DNA of 64,000 nt from a virus: the IMG/VR virus record IMGVR_UViG_3300045988_080644; one strand, 5' to 3'. The notes below the pieces were generated by a model. The model worked only from the letters and a program-made list of their open reading frames with translations. It made no database searches and was not told the origin of the DNA. Positions within the stretch are counted from its first letter, which is position 1, and each line of letters opens with the position of its first letter. Positions 37,683 to 47,018 of this stretch are shown piece after piece. Made by a program: the position numbers and the translations under genes.

Positions 37683-38192
37683 TTACTTATAATATTTATA
37701 TAATGAAGTTACATTAGGGTCTTTACCACCATCATAAATACACACAGTTTGAATGATTTTACAACCTTGACGAATTTCTTTGAGGGCTTCCTCTATTTTA
37801 TTTCTAGTAGTGCCTGAATAAAAAGAATCATCAAATAAAATAAAATCATCAACGTCTATTTGATTAACTAATATTTGTGCTTTAGTATCTTCTTGTCGCA
37901 ATCCTCCATTAACTAGTATTACCTGTTCAAAAGTCTTACGTAATTCATAAGGCATATAATTAAATACAGCTCTTCCGAAGGCACCTGTGAGAATTAGACC
38001 ATTCCAACCAAATGTAGGAATGCCTCTATTTACCCACAGATGCTCATCATAACACCATTGAACCAACTTATCCCAGGTAGCATCAATAATACTCTTGTGT
38101 CCACGAATCATATCATCTAAGTGATTAAAGAAATCTTCACCACTAGAATGATTTTTAAGAATCTCTTCTACTTTTTTATCTAAAAAGTTCAT
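37683..38192 (-). CDS. Phosphoribosyltransferase-like protein
   Basis: PRPP-binding-type motif FILFDDSFYSGTT. Confidence 0.55.
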   Translation of the reverse strand: MNFLDKKVEEILKNHSSGEDFFNHLDDMIRGHKSIIDATWDKLVQWCYDEHLWVNRGIPTFGWNGLILTGAFGRAVFNYMPYELRKTFEQVILVNGGLRQEDTKAQILVNQIDVDDFILFDDSFYSGTTRNKIEEALKEIRQGCKIIQTVCIYDGGKDPNVTSLYKYYK

Positions 38193-38440
38193 TTTCTTTT
38201 ATATTTAATTAGTTTTATAAGAGGTTTATTAAACTTAGAAAGAAATCTATCATTTATATAACTTAAAAATTTACCTAATTCATACACAGCTACAACAGAG
38301 TTTAATGCTGGACATAAAACCAAAAGTAATACACCATCTGATTCGTCAGGATAAGTTTCATCATACTCTGAATCGTATCTAATATATAAAATAGCTCCTA
38401 TAGCTGAAATTATATAAATAGCTAACCCAATTGTTACCAT
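38189..38440 (-). CDS. Small membrane protein (83 aa), tandem paralog
   Basis: N-terminal TM helix IYIISAIGAILYIRYD is nearly identical to that of the adjacent gene. Confidence 0.5.
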   Translation of the reverse strand: MVTIGLAIYIISAIGAILYIRYDSEYDETYPDESDGVLLLVLCPALNSVVAVYELGKFLSYINDRFLSKFNKPLIKLIKYKRK

Positions 38441-38667
38441 TTTTTATGAGTTTTATAAGTAATCAAATTATACAATTTTTTATTAAGATATGATAAACTA
38501 ATGGGCACGAAGTCCATTATTTCTATTAAGCATGTACCACTATTTACTATGGGACAGAATACTAAAAATATAGTCCAACTATCCTCATCAAATATGGCTT
38601 GATCATATCTAATACTTAATATGGCTCCTATAATAGATATTATGTATATTATAATTAAGATAACCAT
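38434..38667 (-). CDS. Small membrane protein (77 aa), tandem paralog
   Basis: IYIISIIGAILSIRYD and CPIVNS compare with CPALNS in 38189..38440. Confidence 0.5.
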   Translation of the reverse strand: MVILIIIYIISIIGAILSIRYDQAIFDEDSWTIFLVFCPIVNSGTCLIEIMDFVPISLSYLNKKLYNLITYKTHKKW

Positions 38668-39491
38668 TCCGCTTTAGTTAACTTAAAAAATTCTTTGTGC
38701 ATTGGATTAGCTATTTCCTGAGCCATTGGGTGTGCATCTGGAGCATCTCTTCTCTTAAAGAAATTTTCCCAAGCATCTTTAAATCCACAAGAGATAAGTT
38801 CAGACTTAATGCCTAGAGGAAGTACAGAACGAGCTTGTTGAGGTGTCCAACCATTCTTTAACATTCTAAAATAGCCCCACTCAGCGTGTTGTAAAAAATC
38901 AATGTAGTTACTACCTCTAATATCCCAACAAGGTTGGATAAAGGTTAATTCATTACCAAACTTATCCTTGGAATAATTACAATAACGGGTACTTTCAGCC
39001 AAATGGGACAATCCTACATGAGTTCTGAACTCATCCATAACTCCACGGTCAAGAATCATGTGAACTGTGTATCTTTTATAATGATATTCAGTAGGCTCAC
39101 AAAGATACTTCAAATCCTCTTCTAGATGATTTTCTACTATAACTCTATAATTAGTAGTGACATAATTCAATACAACACGTATATTAGGGTCATATTCTGC
39201 TTTAATAACTTGTTTACGTATTTTAGTCCAAGGATTTTCTGCATATATAAAAATATTACGTAGTGCATCTGTATCATCTCCACGTAATGTAAGGTAAACA
39301 GTGCCAAACTCAAGAGGTCTATCATGCCCTCTAGATTCTAGCATATTTACAAACTTCTCATAAGAGGTATCTGTAATCTTATTTTCACTTTTATAACTGA
39401 CTCGTGCACATCTTTCAATATGCTTTTTGATTCCCACTAAAGAGAAATCTGTTTGATTAATAAATTCAAATGACTGTTTAATTAACTTCAT
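38655..39491 (-). CDS. thyX: Flavin-dependent thymidylate synthase ThyX
   Basis: ThyX signature region FRTHVGLSHLAESTRY (RHRxxSxxxxSxR-type). The length and N-terminal CARVSY region are typical. Confidence 0.8.
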   Translation of the reverse strand: MKLIKQSFEFINQTDFSLVGIKKHIERCARVSYKSENKITDTSYEKFVNMLESRGHDRPLEFGTVYLTLRGDDTDALRNIFIYAENPWTKIRKQVIKAEYDPNIRVVLNYVTTNYRVIVENHLEEDLKYLCEPTEYHYKRYTVHMILDRGVMDEFRTHVGLSHLAESTRYCNYSKDKFGNELTFIQPCWDIRGSNYIDFLQHAEWGYFRMLKNGWTPQQARSVLPLGIKSELISCGFKDAWENFFKRRDAPDAHPMAQEIANPMHKEFFKLTKAEWLS

Positions 39492-39492
39492 A

Positions 39493-39909
39493 TTAAGATT
39501 GATTATTTAATTTATACACTAATTCAGAAACAGAAGCCTTTAGACTTGTATTTTGCTTAGTCAAAGCATTTACCTCTTTCTGTAATTCGAGTATTTTAAC
39601 TTTGGCTTTAGCTAAATCAAAGTCTTCTGGAACTTCAAGTTTAGACGCTTTAATCAAAGCACTCAAGTTAGTTATAGTTTGCTTCTGAGATTGTATTTTG
39701 CCCCGTAACTTAAATTCTGGATCAGTTTCATCTATCCAAGATTCTAGTTCACCAAGACGCTGCATAGCTTTACTATAATAAACTTTTCGATTAGCATCAT
39801 ACTTCTTAAAGTTATCAACTTTATGTTCTAAACTTTGAATTGTACTTTTTAATTTACCAACGTATACTCTAACTGGATCTAGCAGTAGAGGATTCATTGA
39901 TTTTACCAT
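39493..39909 (-). CDS. Hypothetical coiled-coil protein (138 aa)
   Basis: Intact ORF in a packed operon. Confidence 0.55.
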   Translation of the reverse strand: MVKSMNPLLLDPVRVYVGKLKSTIQSLEHKVDNFKKYDANRKVYYSKAMQRLGELESWIDETDPEFKLRGKIQSQKQTITNLSALIKASKLEVPEDFDLAKAKVKILELQKEVNALTKQNTSLKASVSELVYKLNNQS

Positions 39910-40283
39910 AACCCTATTGTCTTTCCTACTTCATTATCTATTAAACAATACTGAGAACCATCTGACAATGTTTGAATAAACTTCTTACAATGTTCAGCAA
40001 TCTCAGCTTCTTTTTTAACACCAACAATTTGTCCTGTTCTATAAGGGTCTGTTGTAGTAGATTTAGAGGCATCTATACCTACAAAAAATACAGCTTTATC
40101 TTTATAAGTGGCACACTCTTTACAAGCATGGTCAGCATATCCAATAGCCTTATTATGTAACTTCTCTACTTCTTTAGCATTTTCCTCAGTAAGCAAAGAG
40201 TTCATAATAATTCCATTGTCTGCTTCCTTACCACAAATCGGACACAAATATTTAACTATTGAAACTCCTAATTTATCAGGCAT
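39903..40283 (-). CDS. Hypothetical zinc-ribbon protein (126 aa)
   Basis: CPICG...CKEC cysteine pairs. Confidence 0.55.
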   Translation of the reverse strand: MPDKLGVSIVKYLCPICGKEADNGIIMNSLLTEENAKEVEKLHNKAIGYADHACKECATYKDKAVFFVGIDASKSTTTDPYRTGQIVGVKKEAEIAEHCKKFIQTLSDGSQYCLIDNEVGKTIGLW

Positions 40284-40590
40284 TTCCTATAATTTCATAA
40301 TTCATAAAATTTTGATCTTTATATTTAATTAAATTATCTAATTGCCAACAAGTACAAGGTTCTATTTCAGGATACATATAGCTAGGAATTATTGCTAATT
40401 CTCTAGCATTTACCCAACAATATCTTCTAGAACATCCCCAATACTTTGTTGGATTATCTTCTTTAAGCTCTAATTCTGGTGTATCATAAAATATGTGTAA
40501 TTTACCTTTATGCTTTTGACCATAGTCATCATTGGGGTAATCATACGTTATATAATCAGAATCTCGAGCTATCCATAATTTTTTACTCAT
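40276..40590 (-). CDS. Hypothetical protein (104 aa)
   Basis: Intact ORF overlapping both neighbours by a few nt. Confidence 0.55.
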   Translation of the reverse strand: MSKKLWIARDSDYITYDYPNDDYGQKHKGKLHIFYDTPELELKEDNPTKYWGCSRRYCWVNARELAIIPSYMYPEIEPCTCWQLDNLIKYKDQNFMNYEIIGNA

Positions 40591-41191
40591 TTGAATAATA
40601 TAGAATTGTTGGATTATCCTTATGTATATCTATATTATCTAATTTAGCTATAGCTAATTCTTGTTTAAATTGCTCTAAATCAAATCCTAGAGTAATTACA
40701 TGAATACCATTTACTGTAGGAACATAATATAATATTTTATTTACATTAGGTCTACATTTTCTAACTAAATCTAAATACTTATTTATAAGACTCCAATCCT
40801 TAGTATCAAAATCTAATATCCATTTAGATTTATACTTATTACACCGTTTTCTGCCAAGAGCCCTAGATACACATTTAAATAATTTATGAGTTCCCAGTTC
40901 TATAGCCTCTAGAGCTTCCCTGATTATTTCATATTGTACTTCTTTACAATTTCTAGGGTTTATCCAAAAATAAGCTCTAGCATTAAAGGCTTTGCACAAA
41001 GTAGTAATTTCTTCTTTCTTAGATAAGAATGTTTCTTTATCAAAGAAATGATAGTCTTTAATTACGTAACCACTACTACCTACATTATTTTTTTCTTTAT
41101 TTCTTTGCATTACTTGTACAAAGAAGAAATCTCCCTGGTCTGAGAGATTGTCAAACCAGGGAGCCACTGCATTAAAATTATCTATTGTCAT
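40583..41191 (-). CDS. Hypothetical protein (202 aa) with a weak primase-polymerase (AEP)-like motif pattern
   Basis: WILDFDTKD (DxD), TVNGIHVIT (sGxGxH-like) and IDIHKD occur in AEP order. The functional call is weak. Confidence 0.5.
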   Translation of the reverse strand: MTIDNFNAVAPWFDNLSDQGDFFFVQVMQRNKEKNNVGSSGYVIKDYHFFDKETFLSKKEEITTLCKAFNARAYFWINPRNCKEVQYEIIREALEAIELGTHKLFKCVSRALGRKRCNKYKSKWILDFDTKDWSLINKYLDLVRKCRPNVNKILYYVPTVNGIHVITLGFDLEQFKQELAIAKLDNIDIHKDNPTILYYSNE

Positions 41192-41626
41192 TTAATTACC
41201 ATTCAAAGGGTATTTATCCTTATAATTATTATAAAAACTTCTAATAACTCTTTCTGTAACTTGTAAATCTCTGTTTTTATCACGCTCAATACATACAGAT
41301 AAAGGAGTATCAAAGAAATCCTTAAATTCTATAGCATGATTTCCATGAGCTATAACTAGAGCACGATAGTTATCTAACACTTTTTTATTTAAATTAGTGT
41401 TATCAATAACTATGTCATAACCTTTAAGTAAGGCTTCAATTAGAGCTTCTTCTTGTATGTGTTGTACAAGAGGCTCTCTCTTAGGTACCCAATACTTACC
41501 TAACATAAGACGAATATCATCTTGATTAATTCTAACTCTATGTTCAGGATCTTCAAGAACCCATTGCTTAGCCCATGTAGACTTTCCACTTGCTGGAAGA
41601 CCTCTTGTTATAATTAATTTACTCAT
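41192..41626 (-). CDS. P-loop kinase, polynucleotide kinase (T4 Pnk kinase-domain)-like
   Basis: Walker A GLPASGKST, then INQDDIR and IVIDNTNL. Size is ~144 aa. Confidence 0.75.
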   Translation of the reverse strand: MSKLIITRGLPASGKSTWAKQWVLEDPEHRVRINQDDIRLMLGKYWVPKREPLVQHIQEEALIEALLKGYDIVIDNTNLNKKVLDNYRALVIAHGNHAIEFKDFFDTPLSVCIERDKNRDLQVTERVIRSFYNNYKDKYPLNGN

Positions 41627-41810
41627 CTTCTTCTACACTAATGCTTTCTGGTTCACCTTCTAATTGTACATCATCAAAGAATTCATCTGTACTAATTACT
41701 TCTCCAACTTTAGCCAATTCAATGGCCTCATCTTCTGACTCTGCTTCTACTTCATATGTAAGGTAGCTTTTACCTTTACACTTATATACCATATTTACTA
41801 AATACCTCAT
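41619..41810 (-). CDS. Hypothetical acidic protein (63 aa)
   Basis: Intact ORF in a packed operon. Confidence 0.5.
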   Translation of the reverse strand: MRYLVNMVYKCKGKSYLTYEVEAESEDEAIELAKVGEVISTDEFFDDVQLEGEPESISVEEDE

Positions 41811-41941
41811 ATTATACTGGCAAAGATTAAAAATAATATCATTAATACAACTGTAAACATACTTACAATTATACCTTTCTCATAAAAATACGCATCTTTC
41901 CAATTTTTATTCCATCCAATATTATTAGCTAATTTAATCAT
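41807..41941 (-). CDS. Possible small membrane protein (44 aa)
   Basis: It fills an otherwise empty 130-nt gap, with a TAATG overlap upstream and an ATGA overlap downstream. Hydrophobic C-terminus IIVSMFTVVLMILFLIFASII. Confidence 0.3.
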   Translation of the reverse strand: MIKLANNIGWNKNWKDAYFYEKGIIVSMFTVVLMILFLIFASII

Positions 41942-42174
41942 TAAACATTCTTTAGAATTTCAGTTATAAGTTTCTTTGTATCTTCTACTGCTTGTGCAAT
42001 AGTTTCTTCATCTAAAGTAATATCTAATCCAAAATCTTCAATTAGTCTATCTATTATACAGTCCCTAAATAATTTAGGGGTTCGTGTATCTTCTTCTAGA
42101 TAATCTGTAAATGCTAATTCTAAACTTCTTTTATAATAAGTTTCTTCAATTTCAACCGTTCCTTTTAATTCCAT
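41941..42174 (-). CDS. Hypothetical protein (77 aa)
   Basis: Intact ORF. Confidence 0.5.
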   Translation of the reverse strand: MELKGTVEIEETYYKRSLELAFTDYLEEDTRTPKLFRDCIIDRLIEDFGLDITLDEETIAQAVEDTKKLITEILKNV

Positions 42175-42187
42175 AATTATTTAATTA

Positions 42188-42442
42188 TTAGTGAACCCAA
42201 TGGTCATTTATATCTATATCTGCTCCTAAAAATACATTAGGACAGAATGGTTTACCTCCGGCTATCATACAATCAATCAACACTTTACCCACTTGTTCTT
42301 TAATTGCTGCTGGACACTCCAAGTTGAATTCATCATGAGCTGGTACACACATCTTTACCTTATCTATTAGCTTATGATCCACAATCCAATTAAATAGTTT
42401 AATAGAAGATAGTTTAAAGCACATTGCTCCTCTATTTTGTAT
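42188..42442 (-). CDS. polA: Family A DNA polymerase, exon 2 (84 aa, carries motif C)
   Basis: IQNRGAMCFKLSSIKLF...CVPAHDEFNLE matches the PolA Q-G-x-A-A-D helix and the motif C HDE. It is in frame with exon 1 after removal of 42443-42647. The track ORF 42188..42514 over-extends it from a TTG. Confidence 0.75.
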   Translation of the reverse strand: MQNRGAMCFKLSSIKLFNWIVDHKLIDKVKMCVPAHDEFNLECPAAIKEQVGKVLIDCMIAGGKPFCPNVFLGADIDINDHWVH

Positions 42443-42647
42443 CAATGTTTGGACTATTTCATTATCCCATAGGGATATTGGGCGCTTATAGGATATTATT
42501 GCTTCAATACTCAATCCTTAGTCTCTGAACCTTCTTACTACTTTTACTTGATTCATAAGCTTGGCTGCAGATTATTCTAATATTAGACCTTCCTGCAATT
42601 CACCCAATTTACAGTAGATAATTACTTATCTACGCCGCATACATTTT
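42443..42647 (-). ncRNA. Putative ORF-less group I-like self-splicing intron in polA (~205 nt)
   Basis: The 5' exon ends in U (42648) and the intron ends in G (42443). Exon CCGU can pair with intron GCGG (42638-42635) across a 9-nt loop, a P1-like helix with a U-G wobble. There is a GUAA tetraloop hairpin (GATAA-GTAA-TTATC) and further stems (TGCAG/CTGCA, ATCCC/GGGAT). Confidence 0.6.
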
Positions 42648-44579
42648 ACGGTAATTAATAGATTGTTTCTCAGAAGCTGCTTTACGCTGCATATAGTGTC
42701 TTACTTCCTGTACAATTTCATCTTGTGGATTACGTTTTCTTACATTCTGATAATACTCCCAAAATCCAGGTTCCTGCATCTTATTATGAGTCTCTTTTAA
42801 CTCTTCAGCATCATAAATATGTGCCCTATGTCCAGTGAGAGGATTAAGTAATATATAACCATCTCTCATAACAGCTGCTCTACAATAATCTTGGTATCTT
42901 TTTATTCCTGGAAAACCCTCCATAAAATTATCATAAATTTCTTTTGCTTCTTCTACAGGAATACCATCATTCTTAGATATAGTATTATAGTCTCCTCCAT
43001 AATTAATAGCAAACTCGATGGATTTGGCTTTTTGTCTCCAATTATGATAGAGTTTCTTTATATCCTCAATCTTAGTGTCTCTTGGGATTATATTAGGATA
43101 ACTCATGTAAGCTACCAGAGAATGGACATCACCACAACCATGTTCAAATAGGTCTATCATCTTCTCATCTTTAGAAACAGATGCAATAATACGAGATTCC
43201 TGACTTTGATAATCAGCAGATAACCAAGCATTACCCTCTTCGGATGTAAAACATGCTCTAGTTTCTGGATCGTGAGGTAGATTTTGCATGTTCAGTTTCC
43301 AAACACCTCCGCCAGAACTAACTCTTGCAGTATCTGTACCTATAGAATGAAAATCTGCATGTATTCTACCTGTTTTAGGATTAATTGCATTTAACCAGTT
43401 TTGTCCATAAGTAGATACGACTTTAGCAGCTTCTTGATATTCCAAAAATATAGGAATAATTGGAAAATCATTCTTTTGAGGTTTTAAAACATTTGCTTCA
43501 ATAGACTTCTTTTTCTGTTTAGTCTTTTTATCAAATGTTTCTACATTAATTCCAAGTAACTCAAATAGAGGTATTACTTGTTTTTGACTACTCCAATTTA
43601 TTACACATTTAGGTTCAGTATCAAATCCTGTAAATAAGTCACCTTGAGTATCAATTCGTGTAAACTGATTCTTAATTACTTTCTTATAAGCATCAACCTT
43701 ACCATCAGGGGTTTGTAAGTCTTCCTGAGGGAACCTTTTATATCCATCTTTAATTAGTCTCTTTACCTCAGCAGGATAATCTGCAGAATACTTTGGATAT
43801 TTAAGTTCAGGATATTGAATATCATAGCCATTATGAGGATTTTCTTTATCCCAAGCTACTACCCAAGCATTTAATTCTGAAATAGCCTTATCAAGTTTAG
43901 CTTGATCTTTAGTCATTTTAGCTTTCCACTTCGTAATATCGAGATGAACTCCACAATATTTAAAGTAAGCAAGGGATTTAACAAATTCACATTCCAGCTC
44001 TACTGCGAGTTTCATGCCTTGTTTTTCTATTTCAATATCTTGTTTTTCTTTTATATCCTCTATATACGTAACATCTCCTGCAGCATAAATAACGACCTCA
44101 GTAGTTAAACCATCATTAACAATTTTACCTCGAACAGTTTTATCAATGTTAATATTTAAGTAATTCCATGCAGCTGCTTTCAAGCTCTTTTCACGCATTT
44201 GAGCTGGATACCCTAGATATAAGAGCTGTTCTACTATCATACCATCCCAAATATGCTTAGGATAGATACCCTGAACATATAAAAAGGTTAAATCAAACAT
44301 TAAATTCCATCCCAGAAACAATCTGTCTGATTCTAGGTAGTTTTTAACTATTTGCTTTTCTCTTGGAGTTAGAGTAGTCCAATCAATAACTACTTGATTA
44401 TCTTTATTACCTAACTGTATAGTCAATAAAGCTTTGGTATGACAGTCGAGACCCTTAGTTTCTGAATCTAACTGACATAGTTTGAGCGGCAACAGAACAG
44501 ACATTGCCTGCTCCATTGTCGCTTCTATATATTTATCCGTTTGAAATAAACTTTTATTATGACTAACTAAATAAATCAT
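42648..44579 (-). CDS. polA: Family A DNA polymerase with 3'-5' exonuclease domain, exon 1 (644 codons)
   Basis: Exo motifs LDSETKGLD, NLMFDLTFL and YAAGDV. Pol motif A SADYQSQESRI and motif B RQKAKSIEFAINYGG. The track ORF runs on to a TAG at 42630 inside the intron. Confidence 0.9.
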
Positions 44580-44839
44580 TGATAATTACAAATAGTTAAA
44601 TTATTTAGAACTATATCTTCATTATCAATATTTAATTTGTCTTTTATAGCTTCTTCTACAGCTTCTTTTAATTCTTCTTCATTAATAACTAAATGCCTAC
44701 CTTCTTTATACTGAGGAATGGTAATATCTACAAAAGTACCTAATTCAACATTTACTTCTACAGTAATATTTCTATTATTAGGTTCATTCCAAGGTGCACT
44801 TGGGTCATTATAAGCTCCTGCTGGATAATTTTCTGTCAT
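44576..44839 (-). CDS. Hypothetical protein (87 aa)
   Basis: Intact ORF with a 4-nt overlap on both sides. Confidence 0.55.
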   Translation of the reverse strand: MTENYPAGAYNDPSAPWNEPNNRNITVEVNVELGTFVDITIPQYKEGRHLVINEEELKEAVEEAIKDKLNIDNEDIVLNNLTICNYQ

Positions 44840-45159
44840 GCTAAATAGTCATTTAACCACTCTATTCCATATTCATCTATTACCTTTTCATCTATCTTTA
44901 TAGCTTCAAGTTCTATATCCTCAAGCTGCTGTTCATACCAATCTTCAAATTGATCCTCATCATCCTCGTCTATATCTGGACTATCTAAATAGCTAAATGA
45001 GTTAACACACTCATCTCTTAATTCATTTGCATAACTCAGTTCTAATGTAGGATCTTCTTCACTTTCAATTACTTCATTTATTGAAGCATCACAAGCAACT
45101 GGATACTTAGCAATAACTAGCCACCAATTCCCATTAAGAAATTCTTCCTTAGATATCAT
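44836..45159 (-). CDS. Hypothetical highly acidic protein (107 aa)
   Basis: Intact ORF with an Asp/Glu-rich run (DIDEDDEDQFEDWYEQQLEDIELE). Confidence 0.55.
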   Translation of the reverse strand: MISKEEFLNGNWWLVIAKYPVACDASINEVIESEEDPTLELSYANELRDECVNSFSYLDSPDIDEDDEDQFEDWYEQQLEDIELEAIKIDEKVIDEYGIEWLNDYLA

Positions 45160-46004
45160 TATATTAATTTAAATAACTGTAAATTGCATCTTTTTCTTAT
45201 TTTATCTAAAGCTTTTTCTTTTATTTGTCTAACTCTTTCAACACCAATGCCAAACATATCTCCTACTTCTTGCTTGGACATAGGATTCATTCCTATGCCA
45301 AATAACATAATAATAATATCATGTTCTCTGACAGGAAGTATATCTAGACATTTGCATAGTTCCTTATTAATAAAGCTTTTATTAACTTGTTCGTCAAGAG
45401 AAGGCTCTCCGTCCGGTATCACATCACATACTTGACTATTTTCCTCATCCCCACCAATAAAGTCATCGACACTAACTAATCTGTTAGAAAATTGTGCCAA
45501 ATAGTCTATTTGCTTTTCAGGGATATTAGTTAAAGTATGTAATTCATTTGTAGTTGGATTTCTACCATTCTTTTTAATAAACTCATTAGTAGCTCTTAAT
45601 ATTTGAATTACTTTTAAGTGTTGAGTTACTGGCAATCTAATCTCACGACCATACCAATATATAGTAGTATAAATACATTGTTTTATCCACCAAGCAGAAT
45701 AATTAAGAAATTTAACACCCCTAGTTGGATCAAATTTATTTACAGATTTACATAAACCTTCCAATCCTGAGGATATTAAATCCATAAGGGGAATACCTCT
45801 ATTTTGAAACTGCTTAGCTATAGTTACTACAAATCTTAAATTAGAAGTAATTACTTTTTCTCTAGCCTTTTCATCTCCATTTTGAGCTTCAACAATTAGC
45901 TTGTTTATTTCTTCATTATCTAATATTTTATATTTAGATATATCTCGAAAATAACTCTGAAGTAGAGAGTCAGACTTGTCAGAAAAAATAATTCTTTTAT
46001 TCAT
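45159..46004 (-). CDS. Sigma-70 family RNA polymerase sigma factor
   Basis: Region 2-like RFVVTIAKQFQNRGIPLMDLISSGLEGLCKSVNKFDPTRGVKFLNYSAWWIKQ. Region 4 HTH MSKQEVGDMFGIGVERVRQIKEKALDKIRK. Confidence 0.8.
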   Translation of the reverse strand: MNKRIIFSDKSDSLLQSYFRDISKYKILDNEEINKLIVEAQNGDEKAREKVITSNLRFVVTIAKQFQNRGIPLMDLISSGLEGLCKSVNKFDPTRGVKFLNYSAWWIKQCIYTTIYWYGREIRLPVTQHLKVIQILRATNEFIKKNGRNPTTNELHTLTNIPEKQIDYLAQFSNRLVSVDDFIGGDEENSQVCDVIPDGEPSLDEQVNKSFINKELCKCLDILPVREHDIIIMLFGIGMNPMSKQEVGDMFGIGVERVRQIKEKALDKIRKRCNLQLFKLI

Positions 46005-46260
46005 TAATTGTGGACTTAGCTAGTGCTTTAGCTTCATCTAATTGTTTTTCTTCCTGGGTTGGTTGATTAAGACCTATACGTATACTAAGAATAGTGAGAT
46101 AAGCTTCCATTGCCTTGAGTTGAGCTATCAATAAGTCTTTATTAAGATTATCTATAGAAGTCTTATCTATTTTATTAATTAAGAAATCTCTAAGCTTTGT
46201 AGTTTTAGTTTCCAATTCTTTGTACTCTGTAAGTAGTCTGTCAAACACGCTCTTTTCCAT
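45997..46260 (-). CDS. Hypothetical helical protein (87 aa) immediately upstream of the sigma factor
   Basis: Intact ORF overlapping the sigma gene start by 8 nt. Confidence 0.5.
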   Translation of the reverse strand: MEKSVFDRLLTEYKELETKTTKLRDFLINKIDKTSIDNLNKDLLIAQLKAMEAYLTILSIRIGLNQPTQEEKQLDEAKALAKSTINE

Positions 46261-46328
46261 GTTAATTTTTATTTTAGTTAAAGTAGAATCTAGAACAGTA
46301 AATATCTAATATATTATCTTCTTCTTTA

Positions 46329-47018
46329 TTAATCGATTTCCAAATATGCAGGTTCATAACTAATATGATAGTCATTATCAAGAATAGAAACATTATATAT
46401 TTCTGTATTATCCAACTTTAGATATTTATCTTTACAAGTATGTAGGTGCCCACAAAATACATATCTAGGTTTAATTCTCTGAATAGCTTCAGCTAAACTT
46501 TGACCTCCAGCATGGATAGATTCTTGACTCCATCGACTCGGAGGTAATAAATCTAAATCTCCCAAAGCGGGAGTATCGTGAGTTAACCATATATCTATAT
46601 CATTTGGAACTTGACTATATAGACCTTCTAAAAATTCCTCACTGTGCATAAATGCCCAATTCCCAAACATGTGACATTGTGGAGACCCATATACCTTATA
46701 ATTTTTACCATCAGGAGCTCTATAATTAGTATAATCATTAAGTAAATAAGTAAACTTAAAATCAGAAAGATACTCTAAGGCTTTCATTACTGGATATTCT
46801 GAAGCACATATAAAATCATGATTACCTGCTACCATATATACTTCTTCACAAGGCAATTCCTTAATCCAAGGTAAAAAATCTTGAAAGAACCATACAATAG
46901 ATTCTACTCTATTTTTCTGTATATTCAAGGGTACAACATCTCCTGCAATTAAACATAAATCACACTTCTGTATATGGATAAGATTACCATGTAAATCAGA
47001 CATTGCACATATTTTCAT
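46329..47018 (-). CDS. Calcineurin-like metallophosphoesterase
   Basis: MSDLHGN, IAGDVVP, VAGNHD and CGHLH. Confidence 0.8.
   Translation of the reverse strand: MKICAMSDLHGNLIHIQKCDLCLIAGDVVPLNIQKNRVESIVWFFQDFLPWIKELPCEEVYMVAGNHDFICASEYPVMKALEYLSDFKFTYLLNDYTNYRAPDGKNYKVYGSPQCHMFGNWAFMHSEEFLEGLYSQVPNDIDIWLTHDTPALGDLDLLPPSRWSQESIHAGGQSLAEAIQRIKPRYVFCGHLHTCKDKYLKLDNTEIYNVSILDNDYHISYEPAYLEID

Noticed and set aside
42600-42632. Readthrough of the TAG at 42630 to extend polA
   Set aside because: It adds only QISNYLL before a TAA and does not restore motif C. The spliced model restores exact collinearity with Pol I.
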